DNA of 64,000 nucleotides, taken from the NCBI GenBank assembly GCA_002269645.1, contig NIVC01002901.1, forward strand, positions 1 through 64,000, read 5' to 3'. The DNA comes from Macrostomum lignano (taxonomy: Eukaryota). The notes beneath the pieces were generated by a model. It was not told the origin of the DNA. It made no database searches and was given only the letters and a program-made list of their open reading frames with translations. Below are positions 1-16,454 of this stretch, piece by piece (the first letter of the stretch is position 1; the number at the start of each line of letters is the position of its first letter). A program made the translations under genes and the position numbers.

Positions 1-500
1 TTTTATTAATGAACAGCAACAAAGATACGTTGTCTGTCACGCAGGTCCTAAGGTAAATGAGAGCAGCGGTGCCAGACCGCACCTCAGGCTTGAGCGCAAA
101 CGCGAACATACTCGTAGGCAGCGTCGCCGACCAAATCCTGCTGAATGTGCGCCAGTCCTCGACGGTGGGGTGTCAAGGACCACTAGTGGTCTTGTAGTGC
201 ATGCGTCAGCAGCATACCGTCTACGGACAATAAGATTCGTCGTCGCTGATCTTAAGGGCATCTTTGAAAAAGGACAACTCACAAAAACGTAAGTATCGCA
301 GCGAAAGCGTAAGTAAGGTCGTTGGACTAAGCTCGTTCGTCAGCGTTCAAGTAGTACGGCCTCGACCACCAACTGGGTCAACGACACTACAGTATCATCC
401 TCGAAGGACTGGTGGTACTCGGACTGCAGGACCCACCCTCACAAAACTATAGGCAAGCCTCGAACGTCAGGAACCAGACCGACGAGGTAAACGAATAGCT
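1..500 (-). mobile_element. Highly degenerate non-LTR (RTE-like) retrotransposon 3' fragment, older copy
   Basis: 341-440 (cagcgttcaagtagtacggcctcgaccaccaactgg...ggactgcaggac) aligns by eye with 963-1055 of the neighbouring copy; minus strand reads SLTQLVVEAVLL; many stops. Confidence 0.45.
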
Positions 501-574
501 GACATTGCAAAACTTCTGTCGCTTGTACTCGTAAAGAATAACAAAGCTTGAACAACAAGCCAATGAGACAACTA

Positions 575-1170
575 GAGACAACAACAAAAACAACAACAAC
601 AACAGTAACAACAACCAAATAAGTAAAAATACACTGTCAGGGTCATTAGAAGGCAGCCTCGCAGGGCGCGCCTCTGGGATAGGTGGCGAACGATGACCAC
701 GCCGCCGACCGAATCCGGGGCGCCGGCGTCAGCCAGCAGGAAGTCGACGACATCCCAGCCAGTAGGGTGCCTGTAGTGGCGCGGATGAGGCGCCAGCTGG
801 AGTCGCCGATGGCACATCAGGTCGCTTGGGCGGACCAGACCGGGGTGGCGATACAGTGCCGCATTTGGTGACTCCCTCATCGCCGATCTTGATGGCAGCG
901 AGCAGCAGGAACGCCAAGGCCCGTCTAAGTGTTGCTCGAGTGCATCCGTCAGCCTCTAGGTTTCAGCGTTGTACAGCAGGACGGTCTCGACCACCACCTG
1001 GAACAACGCTGCCCACTGGCAGTCAGGTACAGGACAGGCCTCTGGACTGCAGGACTTCCCCCAAAGAACGACAGACAGCCCAGGCAAGCCCGCGGCGACG
1101 CCACAGATCCTTGCGGACGCCGGGAAGCAGATCCCGAGTTAGATAAACAAGAGTTCATCTCTGTGTGACA
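575..1170 (-). mobile_element. Degenerate non-LTR retrotransposon (RTE-like) 3' fragment with (TTG)n-type tail
   Basis: Minus strand gives DLLPGVRKDLWRRRGLAWAV and, after a frameshift, AALFQVVVETVLLYNAET*RLTDALEQHLDG, resembling the post-RT LF..VVESVLLYGAETW.LT...E..LDG region of RTE-type LINEs; ends in a caa/ttg trinucleotide tail at about 575-617. Confidence 0.65.
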
Positions 1171-1973
1171 GTATTAGAGACAATACAAAGAAACGATTCA
1201 TGTTATTGTTTTTGATACTAGAGCCTTGTCCCTAGATCCTTGATCCTTGTCCCTTGTTATGTGTTCTTTGTCGGGTTGTCAGTGGAGGCAAAGTTTTACT
1301 CGTTCACATCGCCGTCTAATAAGGCCAATTTTATGGCGATGAGAACGAGCCTTTGAAGCAGAAATAAACTCTTCTTAGTTTGCATTTTTCTTTGGAAACT
1401 TGAAATTTTAACGGATTCCAAGAAGCGACAAGTCCCGTTCCACTTCTTCTAGTGGTCCTCACAGTGTGGAAATTTGATGTCTGCTACAAATAATGCTACT
1501 GCTAGTAGTGTCAGGCATGTAGCTTCTGCCAGCTAGCTCGTCCAGCTCAATAGTAGCCATTGTGCACCGCAATGCTCCAACGTATACGCGAGGCAAGAGA
1601 AACTTCGCTTCTGTGTTTCAACGGGACGGGGCAAGACGCACGCAGCGAATATTTATTTGAGCTGAGTAAATTGTTCTTGAAAGGCTGCACTGCACATCTT
1701 CTGTGCGGTGAGCACGGTTAGAAACCCTTCTGCACCGCATATATTTAGTCTCTGCTTGCTAGACGGACTCAAAGTAAAACATACCACCGTGCATCGAGTA
1801 TTAAGAAAAACAATTTTCGAAAGACAGCATCCTCACTCTTGAAATTAGTTAGTAGGTAAACTGTCTACCTTCATGGCGACAAGAATTAGTAATCAATAAC
1901 TGTAAATATTTGGCAACATCAATATTTGGCACTCGTTATACGCTTTCTAAGTAGACGAACGCGCGCTCTAAAG

Positions 1974-3035
1974 ATGGATGCCACATCCGTTCTCCGAGTG
2001 GTTCTCAGCGTCCTGCTGGTGCCGGCTCTGGTGCTCAACATCACATTTCTGGTGTTCGGCGTCCGGCACAAGATTGGCAAGCCGCTTTGCTCGCATCTGC
2101 TCCGCAGTCAAGCGGTCATCGACTCGCTCCAGATGCTGCTCAATCTTCTTAACCTTCAGTACTTTGAGTTCTTCCCGCTGCCATCGCAGTCTCTTCCCGA
2201 CTCGATTTGGGAGGCCTACTGCAAGCTGGCCTACAGCGAGATTTTCCACTGGGCTCTGGTGTGCATGAGTGTCTACAACCTCGCATGCCTGGCCGTTGAG
2301 CGCTGCTGCTGTCTCTCCGCGCACAGCTGGTACAAGAGTCACCAGTGCCTGCTTGCGGGCTGCTTCATTGCGGCCGTGCTGGCAGCCCCATTCTTTGTGC
2401 AGGTGCCCTTCTGCTTCCTGGCGATGATACTGGTGAAGACACCGGACGATTCGCCGTTGCTTAGCAACAGCACATCAGTGAATACAACCGCCGAACCTGG
2501 CGTGTGGAAGCATTGCGAGTTTAGCCGAGAAAACCAGCAGATGGCGATCGCCTTTGGAATCAGCTACGTGATTCTGTTTTGGATTTTGCCAACAGTCCTG
2601 TCCATCAGCATGTACTTGGTGATCCTGCGAACGTTCCTGCGTTCCAGCAAGACGCAGGCCGAGATGTGCAGCCGCGGCAGCAGAATGGACGGCCCAACCA
2701 AACGACTGACCCTCATGACCTGCGTCACCAGCGGCGCCTTTGTCCTCCTGTTCGCCACGGACTCGATCAGCTTCCTGCTCTTCACCGTTGGAGTGCCGAT
2801 TGAGAGGCGAGGCGCCCTCGACAGCGTGGACTCATTCCTGCTCAGCCTCAACAGCGCCGTCAATCCGCTGCTCTACCTCATCTTCATGCCCAAGTTTCGC
2901 GAGTTCATCACCTGCGCCGGCTGGAGGGAGCAGCGCAGGCTGCGGCGCTATGATGCCGACGAGCCAGCAGACGGCAGGTCCGCGGCGACTGCGGCTTCGG
3001 AGAGCTCCGGTGAGGCAGGCACAGTGCCTGGGTAG
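1974..3035 (+). CDS. Intronless class A (rhodopsin-like) GPCR, 353 aa, probable peptide-receptor-like orphan
   Basis: ATG at 1974; seven hydrophobic segments; TM3 end LAVERC (DRY position), TM7 NSAVNPLLY (NPxxY), Cys at top of TM3 (YCKL) and in ECL2 (WKHCEF). Confidence 0.9.
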   Translation: MDATSVLRVVLSVLLVPALVLNITFLVFGVRHKIGKPLCSHLLRSQAVIDSLQMLLNLLNLQYFEFFPLPSQSLPDSIWEAYCKLAYSEIFHWALVCMSVYNLACLAVERCCCLSAHSWYKSHQCLLAGCFIAAVLAAPFFVQVPFCFLAMILVKTPDDSPLLSNSTSVNTTAEPGVWKHCEFSRENQQMAIAFGISYVILFWILPTVLSISMYLVILRTFLRSSKTQAEMCSRGSRMDGPTKRLTLMTCVTSGAFVLLFATDSISFLLFTVGVPIERRGALDSVDSFLLSLNSAVNPLLYLIFMPKFREFITCAGWREQRRLRRYDADEPADGRSAATAASESSGEAGTVPG

Positions 3036-3893
3036 TTGAGACTTACCTCGCTGCCGATGCAAAATGCAATTAGCCTTTAGTTTTTGTATATTCCCAACAT
3101 CTCACTCTCTGCACTGCTGAATTCCAAATGAATGAATTCCAATTTCAAGTGCTCCTGTGCAACATTCCCAAAGTAAGTCGACATCGGCTTGCTGGGCAAA
3201 AAGGCAAACCCACTATTCTAAAAATGAGTACGAGCTACTTTACTTCAATCACTTCACTTAAATGCTTTCTCGACCAATAGAATCTCTTCCCCACTCTACT
3301 CGGAAATTCCAAGCAATCGGACCCTCTACCCGTTGACCGATCACACTGAAACTCTGTCTTGCGTGTCACCACACACGGTAGAGGACACTCACCAATGGAC
3401 ACTCACTCGCATCTCGACACCCTTGGACACTCAGCCAGACACTCAGCTACCCGACCCCTCATCTGGCCTGCTCCCCACCTCTGGCTTGCCCGACCCCCAC
3501 TCTAGGCTTGCCCCACCCCTTCCTCCGGCCTGCCCCGCCCCGCCTCCGGGCCTCCTCATTGCTGATTGGCTCTCCCTCGCAGCGACGTGCGCCAAACTGT
3601 ACCATTTTCCTACTACAGCTGTGACATTTTAAATTTGTACAAGTTGCGAGTTCCGCTCGAGTCGTCCAACGCAACTGATTTCTGGCGCTAAAGTCGGCCA
3701 CAGAACAGCTGGATTCCAGCTGTTCTTTTATGTAAATATCATCATGCTTTTTGCTTACCTACCGTCTGCTACATGCCTGGAACGATTCGTGAAATAAACA
3801 AAAAGATACGCCTTGTTGCACTGATCTTGAAACTTCAATGCTATAATTGAATAATAATTTCATGGTGTAACTTTTGTTCGGTTAACAAACTAA

Positions 3894-3921
3894 TTAGGAT
3901 TAGGGTTAGGGTTAGGGTTAG
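3894..3921 (+). repeat. Short interstitial telomere-type repeat (TTAGGG)3 with degenerate flanking units
   Basis: ttaggattagggttagggttagggttag. Confidence 0.7.
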
Positions 3922-5922
3922 TCTTGTCTCGAGCAAATGTAAACTGGCTTATTGTCAAACACAAAAGCGAATTTGCACTGGCCCACGCAGCAGCGAACGT
4001 AAAAGTCGTCGCACGAAGTGCCCAGCGGAGCGCAGTACATGGTCTTGTCCGTGACGGCGGCCTCCGAAACTATAATGTAGTTGGTGCACAGGTGCAAGCT
4101 GGCTTTAATCTTTAGTTTTTTGACATATTGCAGCATGATGCATGAGCATAAGTTCACATGATCCTCTTCAGCAACAAAACTCTTAACTCGCGTTGGAATC
4201 TGGTGACAACTTGTATACCTCATTTAATCAATCATGTTTTGCAATTTCTATCATCAATGACTGGCAATTTCTTGAATAGCGTAAAAAAGCTAGCAAATCA
4301 TTCAATCAAACCAAGGACTCACCAAAACTGTCTGAGAGAATGAGAAACATCAGGAGAAGCTGCAGTTGCACCATTCCGTCGGACTCACACGGCAAGCGTC
4401 GGATAATGAAATAAATAATTCAATATCAAATGAAAGCTGCAAGACTGCTGAAGTAGACACACTATACCATAGAGTAAAGTGCGATAGCGTAATGGCGTAG
4501 GTTTCTAAAATAGCATCTGGAATGCATGCTGAGCAAGTTATTATAGACTAGCTTACTTGATCCTGAAACCTGAAAAGTAAGATGAGTTGGTTATATCTTA
4601 TACTTAACATACACATACGAATTCTCAAAGTAAATCTCTAGCCCTAACTAACTAAATACAAGCAATTTTTTACTAAAGTTACTACTTACATGCCTATTAC
4701 ATGAATTTTTGGAATACGACTTGTCTTGTGACACCGTAGCGGTCTGGAGTCGCAATGGTGACAGAATGAAGGCAGTATACTTTCAGCCTTCATCTTCCCT
4801 GTTCTACGAGCTAAAAGCACTTAACAGGTTTATAAATTATTTACCTTGCTCCCTCTGACTCTCACACTGCTCCCTCTTAACTCATTCATCCTAACTCCCC
4901 TTGCTCCCTGCTCAATCCTGACTCGCCCTGATCTCTCCAGGCTCTCCTCGCTCCCTCCTGACTCATCCGATAAAACGAATCAGCAGCCATGCGCGACCCA
5001 ACGACCCTTCATCCGTTGCTGGACTTTCTATCGCGCAAAAAGCCTCTCTTTACTACATTTGTGGTTGCATTGCGTCACAAAGAGAATCTGCCGACCGAAC
5101 GATTGAAACAAACTTGCCTGGTATGGATACTTCGACTGCTTGTAGCGAGTTCACCATGCCAGTGTCTCGAGGGAAGCTGAGTTTCAACTGAGTCTTGGTG
5201 CACATCCTCTTGACTCTGGGCAGCGCTGTGTTAACAGTTACGCGCTTGTGTTTGAGAACATCTTCGAGAATGTTTCGGATGTTTAGCTGCATCCTGATCA
5301 GCTGTGTCGAGTGTCTCGGAGGCTGGCTAAAGGAAACGCGCAGAGACTCCGAAACTTCGAGGCTTCACAAACTGAAACCTGTCTGGATGTGAAGGAACAC
5401 AGTAAATTTCAAGTTCCTGGCGACTGTCACTGAGATTTTTGCGAGTGTCAGTAGTATCAATGTATTTGATTCTCAATGCGGTTCAACGAAAAAACTGTTT
5501 CTTTCGAACAAAAACTTAACAGCATATCTCGTACGAGTGTGCTCCGACTTTTTATAGCCTTCTACGTTTGCTTTATACTCGTAGTTTTATACTGAGTAGC
5601 GACAAAATATATTTATAAAACACGAGGGCAAAAATTTTATGCCGGATGTAATTAGGTGGCGATATATGAAGCGTTCGCAGCTTTATTGAAAAGGGACTTC
5701 ATTGCCATAGACAGCTGAAGCAAGCGGCCTTTTCTAGAATTTCCACCATTCGTGAGTGTAACATCCTGAGTTGTTATGTTCAGTAGTCCTTGGATGGGGT
5801 AAATAGGAAAGGCAAGCAAACCAAATTCGCTGACAATTAGTAGCAGTGTGTTACTACATATTGCCTGGACCGAGAAACAAAGCTGGAACGCGAACCACCA
5901 GAGCACATAGTACAGCTCGTCC

Positions 5923-8900
5923 ATGACCCCGAGCGTCGAGTGCAAGCAATCGACCAGCATTCCAAACTGCATCCGTCAGTTTGGATTTCTGCTTCTGCTC
6001 CTACTGAAGCTGAAGGCATGGCGGAATGTCTTCATTGTTGTTCCGGTCCTGCTGCTGATTTCCAACCTGTACGTGCTGCCCTGGCAAATGAGCATGCGAC
6101 CTCGAACTCGTACCGCAGGAGATGGACGCCAAATTGTGTTCTATGGCACCCGAGAGTTCGCGGCAGCGCAGGTGAAAGTCCTGTTGGATCGTTCGGACGA
6201 GGAAAAGACGTCGAGCCTTATCCTGGCCAGCGGCGACGGCAGCTGGATCGAGGACTGCCGAGCGGAGACCGACTGCAGAGAGAGGCTCATTCATCAGTCC
6301 GATGCCTCAGTCGTTGCGCATCTGCGGTACTCAAGCAAATCGGAGAAGTCGCGACACGTCCTGGACTGTCTTAACGAAGGGAATTCTCATCTCATGTGCG
6401 CCTTTATCTACCAGGCCATGGTCCAGTCAGCACATTTGAGACCGCGAAATGAAACTGCGATAAACGTGCAGCTGTTTGAAGTGCACAACTTTGGACAGTC
6501 GGTGAAGCCTCAACAAGCCGAGAATTCGGAGAGAAGAAAAAATTTATCCCTACCGAACTCGGTTTGCGCCGACTGGATCAATAGCGGCGAGCTGTCCAGG
6601 CTCACTGAAAATGGCACACCTTTTACTGTCTCACTAGCAGCTTTTGGGGTGACTTTTTACCTGCTCATCTCCACCGTTTCCTGCGTTCACATTCTCAAAT
6701 CTGAGGGCTTCCTGCAGCAGCAGTTTCAATGCGGCCTGTCCGTGTCTGCCTACTGGCTTGTTGTCTGGCTCTTCACGCTCACCGAGTGCCTCGTGTTCGC
6801 CGGAGTATTCATGGTGTCCCACGCTATGCAGTGTCCTGGGCTTTATTCAGCCGCAGCCATTGCTCAAATGTATTTTTTTGTAACTCTTTTCAGCCTTAAC
6901 CTGTCGGCCCTATTGCTGCTTCTGGAGATGCTGCTGCCGTCAATGCTGCTTGTGTCTATCGTGGCGATCAAAATTAACGTCGGCCTTGTTTTGGCATTCT
7001 CATTCAGCGATTATTTGGCAAAAAAGGCGCCCTACGTGCTGTATTTCTTCCCGCCAATGTTCGCAAAGGAATTTGTTGCTGGGCGAATGAACTCTGCCGT
7101 TGAGCAGCTTTGGACTGAAATGAGCATCGGAGAAGACGACGCTTTGCGCTTCTCCAACATTCTGGCAGCCAATTTGGTTTCTCTTCTGCTTCAAATACTG
7201 CTGCTGGTGTACTTAGACTTTCTTCTGAAGACTGGCAACGGACTCTGCCTGGCGCCCTACTACCCAGTCACGGCCGAGTTCTGGTTTCCTCGAAACCTGC
7301 GAGATGAAAGTGTGGGAACAAAGAAAGCTACTGAAAGCGAACCGCACATCGAGCCTGTGATGCGGCTCAACCCTGTTGTTGTTGTTGAAGAGCTCAGCAA
7401 GAGTTACAGCAACGTCTGCCTTTGCTGCTCCGAAGCTCCGATTGTTTTAAACAAATTATCATGTAAGTAGCAAAGCTGGTCGCTCAGTATTAACGAGTTG
7501 AAAATATCTGTACCTGTAAACATGCCTCCCAAATTGTGTTGTAGGCACCATTTACCGAGGCCAGATCACGGCTCTCATCGGACACAACGGCGCTGGCAAT
7601 TCGACACTTATTAAGATCCTCACAGGCGAGGAGCTGCCAGACGAGGGAACGGCCCACATCGGCGGCTGTCTGGTGACGAGCCCGCTGCTCCGTCTGTCGC
7701 TCAGAGGTCGGATCAGCAAGTGTCCGCAGTTTGACGCCCTCTGCGACTCGCTCACCGTGATGGAGTGCATCCGAGTCACGCTGGTCAGCAGGGCGGCCAG
7801 CGACACCAGCCAGCTGGAGAGAGCTCGCGGAATGCTGCAGAGACTCGGTCTGGGAGACAAGGAGGATGTGCTGTCTTGCGACCTGAGCGGCGGTCAGAAG
7901 AGGAAGGTGAGCACGATCCTGGCTCTGCTGGGCGACCCGGACGTTGTGTTCCTCGACGAGCCAACGAGCGGACTGGACCCGGTGTCGAGGCGGCAGCTGT
8001 GGCAGCTGCTGCAGGAGGAGAAGAGCGTCCGCTCCATCATCCTGTGCACGCAGTTCATGGACGAGGCGGACATCCTGGCAGACCGCAAGATCTTCCTGTG
8101 CGGCGGCAAGATCGTGTGCGCTGGGTCTTCGATGTTTCTGAAGCGAGCGTTCGGCTGCAGCTTCACGCTGAATGTGTCGCTGAAGTCCAAGTCAGGCGCG
8201 GAGTCGCTGCTGGCCAAGCTGAAGCAGGTCCATGTGAAAAGCCATGAAGAAACCGAGCTTCGGCTGCAAGTTCCAGCTTTGGATTCGTCAATTTTAACGG
8301 AAGCAGTTCAGTTCTGGAGACCAGCACCGAGGTCGAGACTTTTGGCCTGTCGCAAGCATCTCTGGGCGACATCTTTATGAGGCTTAGTGGAATGGAATCC
8401 GACGAAGTTATCGAAGCCTTTAAGATGGGCACTCTTTTGGCACCGAACCATTTAGAATACTTGGGTGCGTCAGTTCAAGACACTGGAAACAAAGAGCCCA
8501 CAAAGCTCCACCAACGAAATTTACATTACGCATCGGTGACGAAGCAGTTTTTGGTACTTTTTTCCATGAACATCAAGCGGCAGCTACGCGTCACGTCCAG
8601 TTTAATGAGCAGGTTTCTGGTGCCCACGGCACTGTTGGCGCTCATATGCGCTGGCTCGCTTGTTTTTAAGGACACATCGATAAGCAGTCTGAATGACGCG
8701 GAAACAATCCAGATGGGCATGCTAACCACGGCCTCGGCGATTCGCAGTCGGGACTTCGGCGACGCCTCGCTGGCTACCGCCTGCATAGTTGATGGGAGCT
8801 CAGACAGCCTGTCGCACATAAAAATTTGCGAATCTCTGGCTTTGCACGATCCAGAGGAAGGCAAAATTCCTATCATTGTTTACAAGCCCGCTGCCCAAAG

Positions 8901-11155
8901 TCTGAAGGAGTTTCTGTCGAATGATACTACAAGGAAGGAAATTTTACGCCATCTCAAGTACAATGGCTGGATAAACAAAGACGGTTCCTTACCGCCTTGT
9001 GTGTTATATTATGCTTCGTCATGGTTGGAAAGCATACCCGATACACAGCGCTCCGTCACTGTTGGAGTACTGATTAGTGATGACACCCAGGGTGCCGCTG
9101 TTCATATATACCGCAGGGCGCTGGCAAAAGTATTTCGGGTGTTTGGAATTTCTGATGTCGAGAACACGACCGCCTTATCCTTTATTCGACCCGTGGGCGC
9201 GTCTGTACGCACTGGAATCTCCATGCAGGCCTTCTTCTACGCCATCTGCCTTTTCCCCGTCTCCTATTTGAACGATCCAATTGAAGACATGAGCAGCAGA
9301 GTGAGAAGCCATCTTATGTCCACCGGGATGGGCTTGTTCGCCTATTGGATGAACACATTTGCCATGCACTGGATTCAGTATGCGCTCTGCTTCATGTCTG
9401 CAGTTGCTCTTTTAATGATTTCGGAGGCGTACAGATCGGCGTATCTCACCCTGATGGCTTTTCTTCCGGCTTACATCTTTGGAATTGTATCTAACCTGCT
9501 GACGATCTATGCCATAGCGGCCGTCACTCGGACCAGGAGCACCATCGTCTCCGTGTTCTGCAACATGTTCGTGGTGATTATGCCCCTTGCCATCACACAT
9601 ATCAGCAACTCCATTGCTCTGCAGCTGTTAGTCTGGCTGGTGCCTCCCGCAGCGCCGCTCGGGCTGATCTACAGCTGCCTCGCTTATTTGTTTTACAAAC
9701 GGGAATACTATAACTCTCCGAGTGGCTCCGCACTGCCCGGTCTGATGGAAAGCATTAACAAAAATCCGGCCATATTTTACGCACTGCTAGCCATGCCAGT
9801 GCACATTGTGATCCTGAGCGGCATCATCTGTCTTGCCGAGAACAGTTCCATAATCAGAGTGACTTTTACTGGCGTCTGCTGCTCCGGAGCTCTTGACAAT
9901 GCAACGTACGAGTCAAATAGCGAAATGGACGAAGGTGCTCGAAATGAAGCGGAAAGAGTTCTTGTAGCACCTTTGAATAAGAGAAATGTGCTGGAAGTGC
10001 GGAACTTGCGCAAGACTTATGCAAACGGAGTTCACGCAGTTCGAGGAGTCACATACGGAGCCATGACTGACGAGATCTTCGGTCTGCTGGGCGCGAACGG
10101 AGCCGGAAAGTCCACCTCCATGTCGGTGATTGTCGGCGAGGAGGCCGCCACTGAAGGTGTCTGTAAGGTTCGTCTGCACTCGAACACGTGGATGCTCAGC
10201 CGGGAGGCTGCTCAGATCGGCGCCATCGGCTACTGCCCGCAGCACAACCCGCTGTTCAACAGCATCACCGTGGCCGAGCACATCCGCTTCTACGCGGACA
10301 TCCGCGGTCTCAACTCGATCGAGGCGGAGCGCCAGACTAACAGTTTGATTACGAGTCTGGGCCTGGCACAGCACTGGAACACGGAGGCCGGCCAGCTGTC
10401 GGCTGGCAGCAAGCGGCGTCTCTGCCTCGCCATCGCTCTGCTGGGCGACCCGGCGCTCATCGTCATCGACGAGGCCTCGACCGGCGTAGATCCCGAGAAC
10501 AAGCGCTTCATCTGGGGCGCCATCCGCCGCATGGTGCACAAGAAAAGGTCTGTCATGGTCACGACTCACAGCATGGAGGAGGTCGAGGCTCTGTGCAGTC
10601 GGGTCGGCATCATGAACAAGGGCAGGATGATCTCGGTGGGCACCGTGCAGCAGCTGAGGAGCCGGTGAGCTGACTTTTTGATTTCCAAATGTGCCGAATG
10701 GTTGCCATTTCTAACTGTTGAACACAAAGAGTTCCTCTGCTTTATAGATTCCATTTTATGTGTTAATATGCAGAATACTTTGTCCCCTTTGCACATTGAC
10801 ACTTTCTACTCCCATCTGCAGCCACGGTGACGCGTACACGCTGGACCTGCTGCTGGAGCCGGTGACCGAGTCGGCGATAAAACAGAGAAGACATTCGATC
10901 AAGACTGCGGTGCTGGAGCAGTTCAAAGGAGCGCAGACGCAGGAGGACCTCGGCCTGGGCCTGGTCATGCAGTTCTCAGTGCCGAAGTCGGCAGTGCGCA
11001 GCCTGTCGGACGCGCTGAGGTGGCTGGCGGCCAACCAGAGCCGTCTGGGGGTGAGCTACTGGGCCTTCTACCAGATGTCGCTGGACCAGGTGTTCGTGAA
11101 GCTGGTGAAGTCGTGCGATGAAATGGCTCAGAAAGCCAGCAAAGGTGCCCTGTAA
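5923..11155 (+). CDS. ABCA: Full-length ABCA-subfamily transporter (TMD1-NBD1-TMD2-NBD2), with one frameshift in this assembly
   Basis: Exons 5923-7462, 7545-10664 (frame change at 8312-8314), 10822-11155; GT-AG introns restore LSC|TIYRGQITALIGHNGAG and LRSR|HGDAYTL. NBD1: LSGGQKRK, FLDEPTSGLDP. NBD2: GLLGANGAGKST, LSAGSKRRL, IDEASTGVDP, TTHSMEE; C-terminal SLDQVFVKL. Confidence 0.9.
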
Positions 11156-11684
11156 CTCTTCACCGCAATATGGGAAATGCCATCACAACTGTCAAATTTT
11201 ATTGCAATTGCTTTTTCGTTTGTATGGCACTGAGCTGGTAAACAGGTCTCTTACTATCTATGTGCACTCCTATGACGCAGTGGAAGCCGAATAAATGAAC
11301 TAAAGTAATGCTAATGACATTAAGTATGTCGCTCCCTGTACACCAAAGTGTGTTGACCGTCTCACTTGTTTCATCTCTCGAGGTCAGTGAGCTCACAAAC
11401 TATGGTGGTGTTAAAGCTACCCATTCTCACTACTTTTTGGTTAAATGTGATCATGCTACTCTCATTTAGGCGTCTATGTAGCTCGCTTCGCATACAAACT
11501 GAAATTTTACCGAGAAAATTTCGCCACCGATTGCTGCCGAATAGTCTATGGCCGAAACTGCAGCTACTGGCATTCAATTTGCTCAAAAGAAAGCAGGCGA
11601 GATAGACAAGAGACTGGCTGATCGAAAAGCTTAGTTTGAAGAAATTGTAGCGTAGATCATTGCGATTAAATAGTTTTAACAGAA

Positions 11685-15321
<3,637 letters not shown>

Positions 15322-15639
15322 CGCACCGGACTCGGTCGCCTAGGAATTCTGCAAAATTCTGCATAGGATGTTGCTTTATCAACAAGCAGAACTTATTTTC
15401 TGTATTCTGTAGCGTGCTTGTCAGGGAAAATGCAACAAAAAGTTTTAGATCTTTTATAATTTTTTTTGACGAAAATATACACGTTATCCGCATTGAAGTT
15501 TGTAACAAAGAGCTAGATGTACTATAGTCTACTGGCAGCAAACTTGGACTTTTTTCTTATCGTCTGGCTCAAATGGAATGCAAATCGCCTGCTGAGTTTG
15601 GCTAGCGGGCAACTTTCCTGCCCATGGTATCAAGTTTGC

Positions 15640-16142
15640 GCCTCTTTTGTAGCTGGCGCCCTCTCTGTAACTAGCGCCCCTCTCTGTAGCTGGCGCCCCT
15701 CTCTGTAACTGGCGCCCCTCTCTGTAGCTGGCGCCCTCTCTGTAACTGGCGCCCCTCTCTGTAGCTGGCGCCCCTCTCTGTAACTGGCGCCTCTTTCTGT
15801 AGCTGGCGCCTCTCTGTAGCTGGCGCCTCTCTGTAGCTGGCGCCCCTCTCTGTAACTGGCGCCCCTATCTGTAGCTGGCGCCCCTCTCTGTAACTGGCGC
15901 CTCTTTCTGTAGCTGGCGCCTCTCTGTAACTGGCGCCCCTCTCTGTAGCTGGCGCCCCTCTCTGTAACTGGCGCCCCTATCTGTAGCTGGCGCCCCTCTC
16001 TGTAACTGGCGCCTCTTTCTGTAGCTGGCGCCTCTCTGTAACTGGCGCCCCTATCTGTAGCTGGCGCCCCTCTCTGTAACTGGCGCCTCTTTCTGTAGCT
16101 GGCGCCTCTCTGTAGCTGGCGCCCCCCTCTGTAACTGGCGGC
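15640..16142 (+). repeat. ~19-bp minisatellite (ctggcgcccctctctgtar)n; longer duplicate at about 18665-19535
   Basis: Direct reading. Confidence 0.95.
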
Positions 16143-16454
16143 AAGTTTTTCAAATGATTTTTTCGAGGTGAGAGCCAAGAGTTCTTTCTGTATTTTGCCC
16201 CCGCTTGATATCTTCAGACTTTGAGACAGATTGGAGTATTATTGATGACCATTTTCCAATTGCACACATCTCACACGGCTTGAGATGTGAAATCGCATTT
16301 CAAGACAAATTCTCCAATCTATGGCATATCAGATTTTGCTGATATATTGTACCCTAGCCAACTTGATCATTTTCCACTATTTTTCTGCATTTTCTTCATC
16401 TCTTGATAAAACAATTTTTGAATCATCAAAAAGTTTATTACAGACAGTCAAATA

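Noticed and set aside
3894-3921. Chromosome end or fusion site
   Set aside because: Only three perfect TTAGGG units, one orientation, ordinary flanks.
5053-5292. Minus-strand ORF MQLNIRNILEDVLKHK...
   Set aside because: No recognisable motif, splice partner or codon bias; cannot be supported.
8285-8320. Programmed -1 ribosomal frameshift in ABCA
   Set aside because: No in-frame X XXY YYZ slippery heptamer; a missing homopolymer base explains it and recurs in other genes.
15517-15708. MYYSLLAANLDFFLIVWLKW ORF as the last exon of the 4-TM gene
   Set aside because: No phase-0 acceptor; the exon at 15247-15321 fits phase and supplies TM4 and a stop.
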